Assembly (NCBI GenBank): GCA_028534125.1
Contig: CM052850.1
Coordinates: forward strand, 1,364,001-1,428,000
DNA: 64,000 bases
Origin: Lama glama
Lineage: Eukaryota
Reading direction: 5' to 3'
Part shown: piece after piece, positions 1 through 13,664 of the stretch
How positions within the stretch are numbered: position 1 is the first letter of the stretch
How the letters are laid out: every line of letters starts with the position of its first letter
Position numbers and translations under genes: made by a program
Notes under the pieces: model-generated
The model's input: the letters and a program-made list of their open reading frames with translations, nothing else
What the model was told of the DNA's origin: nothing
Databases searched by the model: none

Positions 1-386
1 ACAAGATCCTCAAAATAAGGGAATTTTTTTTTTTACCTTAGAGATTGTCACCCATTATAAATTAAAATTAAGAAAGACAATAAAGCATTATACACATAAA
101 TTTAAGCCATCACTGCCTCATTTACCATGACCCAATCTTGCTAAGCACAATTTAACAATTATTTACTTGTTATGCTCCAAGGAATCAAAGTTTATAGATA
201 ATACATGATTTTCCCATGCAGTGAATCATGTTGATAAGGAGTGGGTAAGTGTCTCAGTTTTTCCTATTGCTTCATTATTTCTCTATATATGGGACTTAAT
301 AAACTGAACTGCTATTGATTTGAGAATATACTTCGTCTCCTTTAACCTTTGTTTTATCATCTGTAAACAGGGTGATTGCTATAACC

Positions 387-705
387 CGGGGGTCAGCAAA
401 CTACAGCCTGCCAGCCAAATGTGGCTTGCAAGCTAATAACGGCTTTTTACATTTTTAAATGGTGGAAAAAACATAACAGAAGAAGAACATTTTGTAACAC
501 ATGAAAACTTTCTGAAATTCAACTCTGAGTATTCATAAATAAAGTCTTATTGGCACTCAGCCACGCTCTTTCATGTGTACATTGTCCATGGCTATTTTCA
601 AAACTGTAACAGTAAAGTTGAGCAATTGTGACAGAAACTGTTTGCACGGCAAAGCCTAAAATACTTACTACTGTCTGGCTGCTTACAGAAGTTTGCCTCT
701 CCCTG
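387..705. mobile_element. MER58B-like hAT-Charlie MITE inserted into a MIR
   Basis: Termini cgggggtcagcaaac ... gtttgcctctccctg form the TIRs; internal aataaagtcttattggcactcagccac; degenerate 8-bp TSD ctataacc (379-386) / atataccc (706-713); MIR sequence on both sides. Confidence 0.85.
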
Positions 706-1974
706 ATATACCCCACCTCTGAGGGCTGGACTGGGGAGTGAATTTAAAGGGTTCTAAAAATACGAAGTGCAGTTGAAGTCCATTACCCAGAGGAACTCTC
801 TAATGAACAATTTTTCAGCCTAAACTAAATCTCTAAGAAGACTCACTTAAGCCGCAAATGTAGTTGCAATTTCATAATTGTAATTTTTCTAGCTGACTGA
901 GTAAAGTACTGTGTTCACAATGGGGATGGTTTTCTGGTGTTTGGTTTACATTGGACATTGATTAGCCCCTCTGGCTAATGTTGGACGTTTATCCGCTGCC
1001 GAACGTTTGGTATACTTTCTCAGAACATCCTTTTTCCCGATTCACGGCTACCTCCTTCTTTCAATCTAACATTTGGTATATTTTAGATTTGAGGATTTTA
1101 AGAACTTAGCGCATCAGTTGCGTCAGGCTTTTACAGGCTGCTCTTGCAGTCACTTCCCGATTCTCTGCGGCATCTCACCTCCCTCTGAACTCTGATAGCA
1201 CTCGTTTGTACCTCTGTCCTCGCACTTAGCACCTTGTGCTGGGGATTGTAGCTATTTCTGTCCATTTTCATATTCTTTATCCGACTGGGGCCCTTGCCCA
1301 CATCATATGGCTTTTTGTTTCTCCTAAAATGCCCAACATAGTGCTCTAGGCATGTGGAAGATATTAGCAACTAAGTGAACAATCGAGCTCTTAGGAATAT
1401 TCAGAATCTCAAAAACCTTTAGGCAAAATATGTGATTAGAAATCAAACAGGAATCTGGGAACAGGAAATACAGGAAAACAGAGATTCAAGTAAGACAGAG
1501 TCAGAAAACAGGACAAATAGCAAACACGTAGGGAATTCAAAACTGAGATGGATTGTCGCCTCAAGAGAGAAAGGCTCATGTGTCCTGAGGGAAACCCTAT
1601 CCCAGAGTACAGCCTTTCCAGGTGTCCACAGGGGAACCTGCAAGTCATGCTTGGGAGCTGTTAAGTACGTAACCTGGCAGGGGTAGAAGATGTGGGGTCA
1701 AGGATGAAGGTGAATCCTGCACCGTCCACCGGATACTTCAGTCAGGTACATGGTACATCCACGAATGGCTTCTCAGTGAGGCAAAAATAGGTTTGGGGAC
1801 AACAGGGGGGTTAAGTTTTATTTTTACTCATTCACAGTTTGAAAAAGCTTTCATGTGCATGGTACCTGGCAAAGGGAAGCTTTGTATATTATTTGCTCTA
1901 TTTCAAACAAACAAACAAAAATGAACAACAACAAAAAAGCCCTTTGGTTTGTCAAATCTGTTTTCATCTTCAGA

Positions 1975-2435
1975 AATCACAGAATCTCAGTTTGGAGATT
2001 TCAGAAATCATGCAGACACTCACCTAGTCCCAAAACCCCCTTTAAAACATCTTCACAAGTGTTTGATCAACCTCTGGCCTGAGATCTTCCAGAGCCAGGG
2101 TAGGCACTATTTTCCAAAGCAGCCAAATAGCACTTGGCACAATTTTACCTCTTTTAAGACTATTCCTTCTATTGGGCTGACACTGACCTTCCCGAGACTT
2201 CCATGTGTTGACCCTAGTTCTTCCCCTTGAGATCCATGGAACAGATCTAATCTGTCTTCCTCTGCTGGTGAGATATTCAAATAACCAAAGACGGCTACTC
2301 TGCCCTCCTCACCAGTGTTCTCTTTAGGCTGTACAAGCCCCAGTTCCTTCAGCTGGAATACATTACTGTTTCTAGTCTTCAGAACATCCTGACTCATCTT
2401 CTTCGAACATATCTTCATTGTCTATATCCCTCTTA
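1975..2435 (-). mobile_element. L3/CR1 LINE 3' fragment
   Basis: Resembles recalled L3 antisense consensus (ccctagttcttcccc...ttcaaataaccaaagacggcta...aggctgtacaagccccagttccttca). Confidence 0.7.
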
Positions 2436-2469
2436 CCAATCAATTTGTTGGACTAAGCTACTCAACTTA

Positions 2470-2470
<1 letters not shown>

Positions 2471-2508
<38 letters not shown>
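2471..2508. repeat. (TA)19 microsatellite
   Basis: Pure TA run read directly. Confidence 0.98.
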
Positions 2509-2512
<4 letters not shown>

Positions 2513-2984
2513 CATGGCTGGTAAAACAAAACAAAACAAAGCTGATTGGTATACTACCAAGATGGATAACTTCTGAAACTTTGCAGGTCAATGCACATAC
2601 TTGGTTGTGTGAGATGTCAACCACACACTGCTTTCAGAATAAGAAAGAAACTTGCAGGTTCCCAGACAGGGCTGAGACTGAAAGTCTCTGAATTGTTGAA
2701 TTATCAACTTCCTTAATATTTCATTTCAGGGGCTATTATTTTTCAAATGGATAATGGTAAGGGCTCCAAATCAACCCTCCTCAGTGCTTAAAAGCCCTAG
2801 TTTGGGGACTGAATTCTGAACTCTCTTGTCGTATCCAGCTCCTCCCCTCGTGGCTGTGCCATGAGCACTGCCCTATTCCCAGGGCTCCCACGGCAGTGGG
2901 AAAATGCTCGTTCCCTGCAGTGGTGACTTTGTTTCAACAGAGGTGGACAGTGTCACGGTGAAATTGGGCAGGTGGAATCTTTAA

Positions 2985-3190
2985 AAAAAATTAACAAAAA
3001 AGTCATTTCGCTTATGGAAGATTTCAAATATGCTAAAGTAAACAGAATTATATAATGAACCCCCAATATACCTGTCACTCAACTTCAATACTGATCAATT
3101 TATTGCCAATCTTGATTCACTGATACCCCTCCCCACTCCCTTACCCCTGCCTGTACTCTTTTGAAGCAAACCCCAGACATCCTATTGTTT
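2985..3190 (-). mobile_element. Old L1 (L1MC4/5-like) 3' end
   Basis: ttatggaagatttcaaatat...tataatgaacccccaatatacctgtcactcaacttcaa...ttttgaagcaaaccccagacat. Confidence 0.7.
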
Positions 3191-4814
3191 TAAAGTGAGA
3201 TCCTTTCAGCTGGCACATAATTGCTTCTTTGTCTATACGACCTCCATTTACAGACTGGATTTTTCACCTTCCCGCTTTATGCTTGTTTGCTTGACGGTCT
3301 GGGTTTTTGCAGACAGGGCTGGTATGCAGACAGTGTCTAACTTCCATCTTTGAGCAGATATAGTGACACCTCCCCCGTCAACAGTGGGTGACACTTTGGT
3401 ATCCCATTGCCTTTACAGAAAAGAATTTATGGCGGTTCCCATCTTTCTCACGTGACTTGGGGCCTCCAAGGCTCCCTCCCAGAGTGGAACTCCCACTGGA
3501 CGCAATGCATCGTTCTTCCGCCACGTGCAGCATTCAGCTCTTTACTCCTTGTCGTTCAAAGCCATGACTGTCTGTGTTAGAAGATGTTCTGCATCAGTGG
3601 TTCCCAGCCTGGGGACTCTGAACAACCAGGGTTTCTCCTAAATTACAATCAGGATCTGGGAACTGTTTCCAGCATCTCTAAGCATATGCGATCGCCCTCA
3701 ATATGGCAGAAACTAAGTGTCAAGTTTCTGGGCGTTTGCTTGTATTATTATTGGTTTCAAGAGAGAAGCTCATACTGATCAGGGGTCCTGCGAGGTAGCT
3801 ATAGATGTCTTTGACGAGCAAAAAAAAGGAAAAAAAAGGGGATATTAAATAATTCAACAAATTCTGTTTGGTGACAAGGTTGGCTCCTGCCTTAGTATTT
3901 GAATTCTGGGCTTCTGCTTGGCCTGCCTTTAACCTCAGCAGAAAATTAAAATAAAATCCTTCTTATTGGTCCCTTAATCCATCCCTTGAGCTGTTTTAAA
4001 TCAACTTTTCAAAGTATATTGTCATGCAGTTGTCTTATCATTTGCATCTAAATGTAGTGAATAAGGAGCTCCCTGCTGAAGCCCTCGGGGGTGTGTAAGC
4101 CCGATATCCCAGTTTGCCCAGTAAATCACATGGCTCTGAATATTCATGCAAGAAACTTGAATGACTTCTCCATATGGAATTTGCTCTTCCCAGCGGCATC
4201 TGTTTCGTTAAGATGGGCTCTTCGTGGTTTCTTTTATCATTGTGTCGCACTCTAACAGTGGATGGAGAAAGAATGAGGGCGTCCTGGTGAAGACCGGCTC
4301 CCTAATGGGCCCTCCCATCATGGTCATTTAATGTACTTTTTCTGGCATTGCTCCTTTTCATTTGCTCCTATCCCCCCACTCAACACACCCCCACAGTGAT
4401 TTACACATAAATATTTGTTTTAGATGCAAATTGGTTTATTTCAGTCTATTGTGATGAAAATTTTTGTTTGTTTAAAGAAATGTAGAAACACATTGTGTTT
4501 GAAAAGGCTTGGAAAGAGCAAAGAAAGAAGAAATGACATTGCTTATGAGGATTCTTTTTTTTTTTTTTAATGACAATAGCTACAGGGAATAGTTTGAACT
4601 TGAGAAACAAAAGGAATGGGGAAGAGAAAAGAAAACCCAACTTGACAATTAGATGATTTCTCAGCTTCCTTTCCCCTCCCCTTTCCACAGCCTTGAACTA
4701 CATCTCCAGAGGGCACTTGCCCAAAGGGCTTTGTGGGAAATGGAAGCACTTACAGACACTCTGTCTGTGTTGTGACCAACTCTGAACACCTTCTCCAGTA
4801 AATAATCACTATAA

Positions 4815-5035
4815 ACTAACATGAGCTAACATTTATCGAACAGTTACTTTGTGCCAGGTATTGTTCAAGTGCTCTTTTTGCCTTACCTCATTTAATGCTT
4901 ACCACAATCCTATTATCATTTCCATTCATCTGATCATCAGAGAGGTTAGGTAACTTGTGTCTAGTCACACAGCAAGTGCATGGTGGGTAGAAATGTCGAC
5001 CCACATGCTCTGACTCTGGAGGTCACTGTTTTAAC
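4815..5035 (-). mobile_element. MIR SINE
   Basis: agctaacatttatcg...tgtgccaggta...cagagaggttaggtaacttg...gtcacacagc, antisense MIR. Confidence 0.85.
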
Positions 5036-6724
5036 TAGTGCAAGACACTGCCTTGCTCATTTGCTGTGGGAAAAGGGACCCGCAGCACTGTGTTAGGGGC
5101 TGTGACAATGCAGAAAGGAGGCTGAGCCCCATTCAGAACTTGCAGCTACTATGTGGGCCACAGCCAGGGTTTGTGTGCAGAGAGGCCAGCCCTGCTCTGG
5201 GGACCCTGCCCAAAGCCACCAAGTATGGGTGGGCCAGAGGACTCTGCAAACAACCAGGTCCAGAGAATGGAGAGAGGAGCCAAGAGAAGGGCTCGCCCGG
5301 AACCAGGAGACGCTGGAGGGAAGCAGGAGAAGTTGGGGAGCAAATCATGAAGGGTCCTGGGCAGTGACTGTGAACAGAGTGAAGTGACCCTGCCCTTCGT
5401 ACTGCTTCCTCGCTGGCACAGGGTCAGAGCAGACAAGTATGAACATGAAATCCTTTCCTCTTACACTGCAGTTGGTAAGAGTGTCTACAGATAATTATTT
5501 GGAACCTCCCTCTCCTGCATGCACTGTAAAATAACACCTACCTTTTGGGGGTGTTGTGAGAATGAAATAAAATAATGAATGTATTGTAACACCACCTCCT
5601 TTGACCACCTGGCTTCCACCTTGGGCCCTCGTACATTATGGCACCCCCTGAAAAATCACAGGTCTAGTCTCGAAATACTAAGTGATGTAGATTTTACTAA
5701 ATATTCTACGAAGAGATGGCAGAGACTATAGTGCCAATCACCAACAATTTCCAAGATGTCCCACTCCGCTTTAGGGAGGAGAAATTTGGGTCCTCCCCTG
5801 TGGCAGAAGGTTCGTATCTCTTTTTTCAGCAACTGCTCCCCACTTCCCCATGTTCTTCCCACAAAATGCTCTGGTTCCCCCTGATCTCACTGCACTTGGC
5901 TTCTTCGGTCCCGCCCATCCTCTCCATCACCGTTCCCACCTCTCTAAGTGCCTGGGCTGGCCTGTTGCATTCAGCAAGCGAAAGCCACCACCGCTCGTCA
6001 GACCCTGCCCAGCTCTACTTCTCCAAGTATGTGCCAGCCATGTATACAGAGTCCATCCTGCCACATACAGAGCTCTTAGCAAACTGTCTGGCCCACAGTT
6101 AAGTGACGGATAAATAGGGGCAATATTAGTAGTTGTTGCCAGTGTCTGTCCCGTGATGTCTTGCCTGGGCCAGCACGCAGTCACACTGGAGGTCTGGCTG
6201 CCAGTATTAGTGGAGGACTTGGGAAATGGCTGAAAGACAGAGGGCAGTGGGTGATTGCAATCCAGGGATATCATGGGTGGGTGGGGACCTCAGAGGCCTG
6301 CAGAGGTGTGGACATTGCCAGTGGACATCCAGAAGTCAGCTACAGGAGGCGGCTGCCGGTCCAGGACAATTTTTATTCTCCTTTTCATAATCATCAGTGG
6401 CTTAACTGTCAGTGAGAACAGAGTGACTGGCAGAGGCACCCCGCCTGCTTCCGCCTGGCAGAGCACCTCACTTAGATGTGAGCCCTTGGTAAGTCCTGCA
6501 AGGAAAAGCTAGAAGAGTCTGTGCCCCTAGTCTCCCTGCAGGAGAGTCAGCTTTGGCTGCTGCTGGGAGGATCCATGGCCAACAGTCAGGTGGCTGCTCA
6601 TCCCCTGGGAGGGCTGGCAAAAGAACTGTAGTTTGGGGCCAGATTTTTGCGCCTGTCTTCACCCCATCACCCGCTGGAACTAATGGTGATTTTGGGTAGA
6701 AAGAGGCTCCACAGAATGGGGAGT

Positions 6725-6915
6725 AATCAGATTTGCAGTTGGAAGAGACTCCAGAGGTCATTCGCTCACTTATTGGATACTTCTTTATGACAGGGAGCTC
6801 ATCTCCAGGCTGCTTCCTTGCTGGGCGGCTTCATTTGTTAGAAAGCTCTTCCGTCGTGAACAAAATCTGTGTTCTTATAACTGGCGGCTGCTTGTCCTGA
6901 TGTCATCTTCTCAAA
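6725..6915 (-). mobile_element. L3/CR1 (or MIR3) remnant
   Basis: gttggaagagactccagaggtcat...gacagggagctca...tgttagaaagctcttcc. Confidence 0.55.
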
Positions 6916-7129
6916 CTGTCAACCAGGCTGTTTTATTTAGCTTTACTATCACCCCCCTCCCCTAGTATCTAGAATGGGAATCTGGAACACCTTTGTTTTT
7001 CAAGTGTATAATAATACATTTTGTAGAATTTCCACCCAGCAATCTGAAGCGCTGTCCACGCCACTGCCAGAGGAAGGGTTTGTGGGCAGCATGTTAATTC
7101 CTGGGCGTCTCCAAATAGCTCATCTCCTC

Positions 7130-7346
7130 CGTTCCCTGTCCATCTCTATGCCTTTCCCCTTCACAGCACTATCCCCCTTTGACACATTTTAGGCACTGCT
7201 TATTTGTTTACTGACATCTCTTCTCTGAAAATACAGACTCCATGAGCATATACCCTGTCCTGCTCTGTGTTGTCCTGTCCTGCACGCCCAGTGTTTAGAA
7301 CAATACTGCAACATTGGAAGGACTCTATTAATATTTGTTGAATAAA
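7130..7346 (+). mobile_element. L2 3' end
   Basis: agactccatgag...cccagtgtttagaacaatactgcaaca...aatatttgttgaataaat terminus. Confidence 0.75.
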
Positions 7347-7429
7347 TCAAGAGCCGAGTTAGGATGGTGCTGCTTGCAGATACTATCAGGACTCATCTGA
7401 ATGCTCCAGAAGGTTGTTTCTTGAAAGGT

Positions 7430-7690
7430 GAACTGGTACAGCAGCCGCAGTCCTAATCCCGGAGTCAGGGGACCAGGGTTCACCCCAGTTTTGTCCTTAT
7501 GGTTTGGATGACCCTTAAGGGGCATATTTAACTGCTTTAGGGCTTACCTTCCTCATCTGTAAAATGGGATTTAGTGGGGTTGACACTCTGCCCTGTTCGA
7601 TTTGAGTGGTCCTGAGGATAAAATACAACTGTATGGGGGAAAGAATTCTGTAAGCTGGAAAGCACTACAGAAGTATAGGAGTTATTATTG
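7430..7690 (+). mobile_element. MIR SINE
   Basis: MIR core ttcctcatctgtaaaatgggat...tgaggataaaat. Confidence 0.75.
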
Positions 7691-7849
7691 TGATTATTAT
7701 GATCGATGTTGTATAATCTTGATATAGCAGCAGTGTATTTAGCCTGAGCATGGAATTTATCTTCCGCTTGAGAAGAATTAATGTCTGGAGCAGCGAGAGA
7801 TTGTTTGTTTCCCAGAGATCCTCTCTGTGAGTTCTCTCACCAACACCGC

Positions 7850-9680
7850 CGCCAACAATACTTATCTAAGTAGCTGCCATGTGCAGGCGCTAGCCCAGCT
7901 GCTGGAGGGACATCAGAGGACAAACCGACGAGAATTCCTGTCCTCGTGGCATTTACAGTCTAGAGGAGACAGGAAGACAATAAACAAAATAAATAATTGT
8001 GTAGTGTGTCAAGGTTATAAATGCTAAGGTGTAAAACAATGAGAGAGAGAGAGAAAGAGAGAGAGGGGTAGGAAGTACCAAAAGTAGGGGTTGTGATTTC
8101 AAAGGGTGGTCAGAGGCGCCCTCTCTAGATGGCGACACCCGAGCGAAAACTTGAAGGAGATGAGAGATTTAGCCACATGGATGCTGCGGGGAGAACATTT
8201 GAGGCAGAAGGAACAGTAAGTGCAGAAGCCCTGAGGTGAATGCGTCTGGAATAGAAAGAGGGACGGGGAGAGGATGGCCAGATTGTGTAGGGCGATACAG
8301 GACATTTTTAAGACTTTGGCTTCTTCTCCAAGGGAGAAGGGAAGCCATTTGAAGGTCTTGAAGAGGAGTGTTACATGTTCTGGCTTCCACTGACTTCCTC
8401 TGACTGCAGTGATGAGAACAGACCATTGGAACTGAGACTAGAAACAGGGAAACCAGTTAGAAAGTCAGTCCACGTAATCTAGAGGAGAAGCAGTGGTGGT
8501 TCAGACCAGGGAGGTCGAGGCGGCAAGAAGTGGCAGGATGTAGATGTATGTTATAGGAAGCACCAATAGGACTTATTAATGGATCTGTTTCGGTGAGGAA
8601 AAGAAGAAAAGTACCAAGAATGGCCCGAGCCATTGGAAGGATGGAATTGCTATTTATGGATGCGGGGGGACCGTGGGAAGAGCAGGAGGGGCTTTCAGGA
8701 GATGAGTCTTGGTCGTGTCACCTCCGAGAGGGTGATTACACATTCAAATGCCCATGTTGAGTAAGCATGCACCAGCATGAGCCAAAAATAAAAAAATAAA
8801 AGTAAAACGAGAACTCAGGAGTCATCAGTAGAGTTGGTATTTGAAGCCACGAGTCTGGCAGAGAATACGGAAGAGGTGAGTGTTGATGGAGCAGGGGTCC
8901 GGGCACTGCAGAGCTTCGGGCCAGGTGAGACGGGGGCAGGCAGCAGCACTGACAGTGAGAGAGAAGCCAGTGAGGCAGAGGGAGCTCAGGACAGTGTGCT
9001 CTTCCTTGTCAAGGAAGCCAAGTGGTGTTGGTGCTTCAAGGGGACGAGATCAACCATGTCAAACGCTGCTGAGGGCTCAGCTAAGATGAGCATGACAACT
9101 GACGGTCAGTGTCTCAAAGCAAAGGCCATTAAGGGCTTTGACCAGAGCAGGTCTGCTGGAGTGGTGGGGGCAGCAGCAGCTGGGCTGGAGCAAATGTAAT
9201 AAGCATAAGAAAAGAATGCCATCCGAGGGGGCAAATTTAGATGCTCTTTTGAGGAGCGTTACTCTAAAAGGGAGCAGAGGAAGTAAATGGCTGGATGGGG
9301 ACATGGGTCAGGAGATGGTCTTTGTCTTTTGTTTGTTTTTTTTTAAGATGGGAGAGCCAACATCATGTTTTCATACTGATGGGCACCATCCAGTGGGTAT
9401 GGATAAATCACTAGTGCAAGGGAGAGAGGAGAGAGATTTCGGAAGAACGTCCTTGACTAGGTGAGACAGGTTGGGTCAAGGCAAAATGGGGGGCTTGGGT
9501 TTGCCTAGGAGCACCAAAAATTCATCCATGTAGTAGAAGAGAGAGTGGGGCATGCTGAGTCACATGCAGGTGGGTGGCTAGATCTGGCGGTGGAAGCGTG
9601 GGGAAATTCTCTTCCGAGAGTTTCTGTTTTCTCAGTGAAATGGGGAGAAAGGTCATCAGGTGGGGTGTGAAGAGGAAAGA
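7850..9680 (-). mobile_element. Long L2 (L2a-like) fragment, about 1.8 kb
   Basis: Continuous antisense L2 motifs (tttacagtctagagg; gaagccatttgaaggtcttg; gagtcatcagtagagttggtatttgaagcc; tcaaacgctgctgagggctcagctaagatgag; tttctgttttctcagtgaaa); (GA)n at 8041-8064. Confidence 0.85.
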
Positions 9681-10535
9681 GAAATACACAAAGGACGCAG
9701 GGACAGAAGAACATGATTGACGTGGCGGAGGTATTTCTCTAGGGGCCCGGGCCCTGCACTTGTGCGAGAGAACTTGGTCAGTGCCGGTCTGCGCTGCAGA
9801 TGGCAGGTGTCCCTCATCCTTCTTCAGGATTGCTCAGCCAGATGCTTTATCAATTTTTAGGCGTAAGTTTTGAAATTAAAACTTACATTTGCATCACTCG
9901 AATGGTTCCAGTTGCGGGAGCCATCAGAACTGCCATGCCTTTTCAAAACTTGACTTCATAAAAAGTGAAAAGAAAAAATGTTACGCACTGATGCAAGCTG
10001 ACCTTCAAAACGTTCCGAATGTACGCAGCATCACGTGGTCTCATTTGCCCTTCGCATCACTACCTGGGGAGTCAGTGTTGGCCTGGGAGAGGAATTCCTC
10101 CTTTGTTTTGTTTTGGATAAATGTGCTTTCCTTTACACTTCTCCCTGCCAAAATGACTTTGGTTTATCTGGCCAGGTATTCCTGGCCTCGGTTATTTTAT
10201 CTTTTTAAAAATTCTAAGCGCTGCCTCGAATGACTGCCTTTTAGACAGCAGCCAAGAATCTTCAATTTTGGTTTTAAGTGTAATTTGTGTAACTACCATT
10301 AGAATCAAGCAGCTAACAAGTATTTCTGAGGCAATTAGGAGGTACCAGCCGGAAATCATAATGTGCGGTGATGGCTCTTGCACACTTGGCATTAGCGATG
10401 TGCCAGCCGAGGCAGGACGGGAGGCCTTTTCAGGCTCCACCATCTCGTGTAATCAGGAAACGGAGGACTGAGGAAGTGATGAGAGGAGGAGGGTGGGACT
10501 ATGACCTTGGTATGTGGCATTTTCCTGCTGGTCAT

Positions 10536-10900
10536 TAAGCTAAATGAAGTCAGTCAGACAGAGAAACACAAATACTGTAAGATATCACTTATACATGGAA
10601 TCTAAAAAAATACAACAAACTAGTGAATATAACAGAAAAGAAACAGACTCGCAGATGTAGAGAAGGAGCTGGTGGTTACCAGTGGGGAGAGGAAGGGGGA
10701 GGGGCAGGATGGAGGGGGAAGCTGAAGAGGCACAAGCCATCAGGTGTCAAACGAGCTACAAGGATGTGCTGTGCAATGTGGGGAATGTGGCCAATATTTT
10801 ATAACTATAAATGGAATATAACCTTTCAAAATGTGTGAATCACTATATTGTATACCTGTAACATGTAATATTGTACATCAACTATACTTCAATTAAAAAA
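10536..10900 (+). mobile_element. L1 3' end (L1MA9/artiodactyl-type), 5'-truncated
   Basis: gctaaatgaagtcagtcagacagagaaacacaaatactg...tcaactatacttcaattaaaaaa. Confidence 0.85.
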
Positions 10901-11269
10901 TATATGATATTGTTAAAAAAAAAAAAGATCTGTGTATCTCCCTTTCAGTGCTGGCTGGTACCCTGGGCATCTCTGAGTAGCCGTTTTCACAGTGATGTGC
11001 ACGCAGCTCACCTTATTCAGTCATCTCTGATTTATAAGCGACACACACAGAGACAGCAGTGACATCCCCCACCTTCTCTCACCACTGCTGCCCACAGGGC
11101 TGCCCTGAGCAGTCAGTGCCCTCCGAGTCCCTGGAGCTGCAGAAGGAAATGTTCTCGTTGGTGATGAGTTTCTATTGTACTGTTGTGTCCTGTAAAGCCT
11201 GAACTCTCCACAGTTCACGAGTCCCTTTGGACAATTGAGAGTTTACTTCAAGGTCAAAAAGAGAAGTAA

Positions 11270-11440
11270 CATTTTCTTAACACCTGCTCTGTACCAGGGG
11301 CTTTTGCCTGTTTCGCCCTATAAAGTCAGTTTTATCCCCATGTTTCCGAGATCAGGTGACCAAGATGGTGAGCGGTTATGTAATTTTAGGTCATGCAACT
11401 GTAACATGGAAAAACGTGGATTCAAATTCAGGTCTTTGCT
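11270..11440 (-). mobile_element. MIR SINE
   Basis: taacattttcttaacacctg...ttatccccatgttt...ggattcaaattcaggtct. Confidence 0.65.
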
Positions 11441-11954
11441 GGGGACAGAAAAAAAATGAAGATATATTTGTAGCAGAGAAAAATTCTTTTTCATTATACT
11501 CCCTTCTAAGGAAATGGATCCCGGGGGGCATGCGTGTCCCTTGCTAAATAGGGACCACAGGTGTGAGGAGGTAAACTGGAGACCCTACATTGCTCAGGGC
11601 CAAGGGGGAGGATACAGATCCAGGAGGAAGAACAGCTGGGGACCTGCAGTGCGGGCGGTGGGCGGCAGGAGAGGGTGGAGGGATGACCCGCTGGCAGGCC
11701 TGGAGCTTGGTGTAGACAGAGATGCCCAATGGAGATTTGAAAAGAGGCCAAATGCTGTGCTCTGTGTGAGGCTGCATCTCTCCTCCATCTCCCAACCCAC
11801 TCCAGCAAGACCCTTCTTTTCCTCGTGTTTCATGACGTGTGCTTGCTTTGAGGGTAATGAAATAATAGTCCGGATACACTAACTCAGGGTTGGTCGGCAA
11901 GAGCAAAGGCTGCCCACAAGGGTCTGGTGAGCATTTACGAAGTCCTTTCTTTTC

Positions 11955-12095
11955 AAATATTCACTTTGTGAATATTTACAGAGCTCTTTTTACGTGCCAG
12001 GCATTGTCTAGGGTGCCAGAAATACAGTGATTAATACGAATGAAGTCTCTGCCCTTACGTAGCTTATATACTTGTTGAGGGGGACAAACAATTAA
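11955..12095 (-). mobile_element. L2 3' end
   Basis: aatatttacagagc...gtgccaggcattgtctagggtgccagaaatacagtg...tctctgccctt. Confidence 0.7.
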
Positions 12096-12619
12096 GAAAA
12101 ACCAAGGGAGCATTATAAAGAAAAAACAAAATAAAGAATTGTTTTTAAAGTGTTGGATGGAAATCTTCCCAAAATATCTTTAACATGTGTTTGCTTTATT
12201 AAAAAGAGCCAATTGAACTGAAGACTAATGGTTTATGACATTTGTTTATGACAATATTTTACTGATTAATTACCATGTGCAAAGTCCAGTTTTAGATTCA
12301 ATAGTATGTGAATTGAACACGGATTCTCAAGGAGCATCTGGTTAATGGGGGAGATGTGACAGGTTTATTAGTAATTTAAAAAGTAATGAGGTACCTAAAA
12401 TGCTACGCCTCTTCCAGTGCAGTTGGCAGGATCCTGAAGTTAGTCCCGAGTGGGAAGAAAGCCTTAGCAGGACTCCACTCTGCGCCCTCACTTTGCTGCC
12501 TCTCTGCCTACTTAATGTTTGACCTTTGCTTCACCCAACTAAACACGTGGGCCTCCATAGCGCCCAGTTTACCAGCCTGTCTTCCTGCCCACAGCGGATC
12601 TCTTTTTTTCTGGTAGTCG

Positions 12620-12840
12620 TAAGGTAGAAAAACATAAAGGTGAAGTCCGTGTTTTCTCAGCTCTGTCACTTGTAGCTGGGCACCTTGGGTAAGTTACTTA
12701 AACTGGGCTGTAGTGTCCTCATCTGCAAACTGTGGATAATACTGTACCTGCTTGATGGGATTCGTGTGAAGAGCAAATGAATTGATCTGTGTGAAGTAAT
12801 TAGAAGAATGCCTGCCTAGCACACAGCAGACTTTGAGTTA
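12620..12840 (+). mobile_element. MIR SINE
   Basis: ctctgtcacttgtagctgg...ccttgggtaagttacttaa...cctcatctgcaaa. Confidence 0.8.
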
Positions 12841-13664
12841 GTCAGCCCTTAGTGTTCTGTTATCTAAGTGTCCATTGTTTTTGGACTGACCTACTCACCC
12901 TCAAGACCATCCCTGCTGAGAGCCGATCTCCCCACCCCCATCCAAGCAGAGGGGCTGTCGGCGCTGAGCCCTGGGGATCTGGATTTGGGGTTACAGAAGA
13001 GAAAACTGCTTTTCCTTGAGACACGTAAAATGACGGTGGAGTGGTATTTGAGGTGGACCTTGGAAATGGAAAGGATGCAGACATTTGGAAATGGTGGGGA
13101 GCGGGAGGGAAAAGCCATTCTGGTCAGAGAGAACCCCATGAGCAAAAGTATAGAAGCTGAACATTTGGAGCTGGCACTGAAATACTGGGCAGCCTGATTT
13201 GTCTGAATGTTGAGGGCATGAAGTTAAAACCAAGAGATAGGTGTGGGAACGTGGTAGGTTAGTTGACAAATTGTGAAGGCACGTGAATGTTAAGGTTGTT
13301 GGTGTTAGACTTTACTCTAAAGGCAGATGGGGAACTATTGTGGATTTTCAGAGATCCAAATTTGTCCTCTGCTATAGTGTAGGTATGTGGGTGTAAGGGC
13401 TGTTTACCTCAATGTTAAGTGACTCAAAGCTACTGCAATTTTTTGAGTTATTTATTTTTTTTTTACTAGTTGTATCTATTAGATGCTCTACAGGGATTGA
13501 TCAGGAAACATAAATGAATTATTTATCTGCAGTATAAATTCTAAATCAAGAGTATTGCATATTTNNNNNNNNNNNNNNNNNNNNNNNNNNNNNNNNNNNN
13601 NNNNNNNNNNNNNNNNNNNNNNNNNNNNNNNNNNNNNNNNNNNNNNNNNNNNNNNNNNNNNNNN

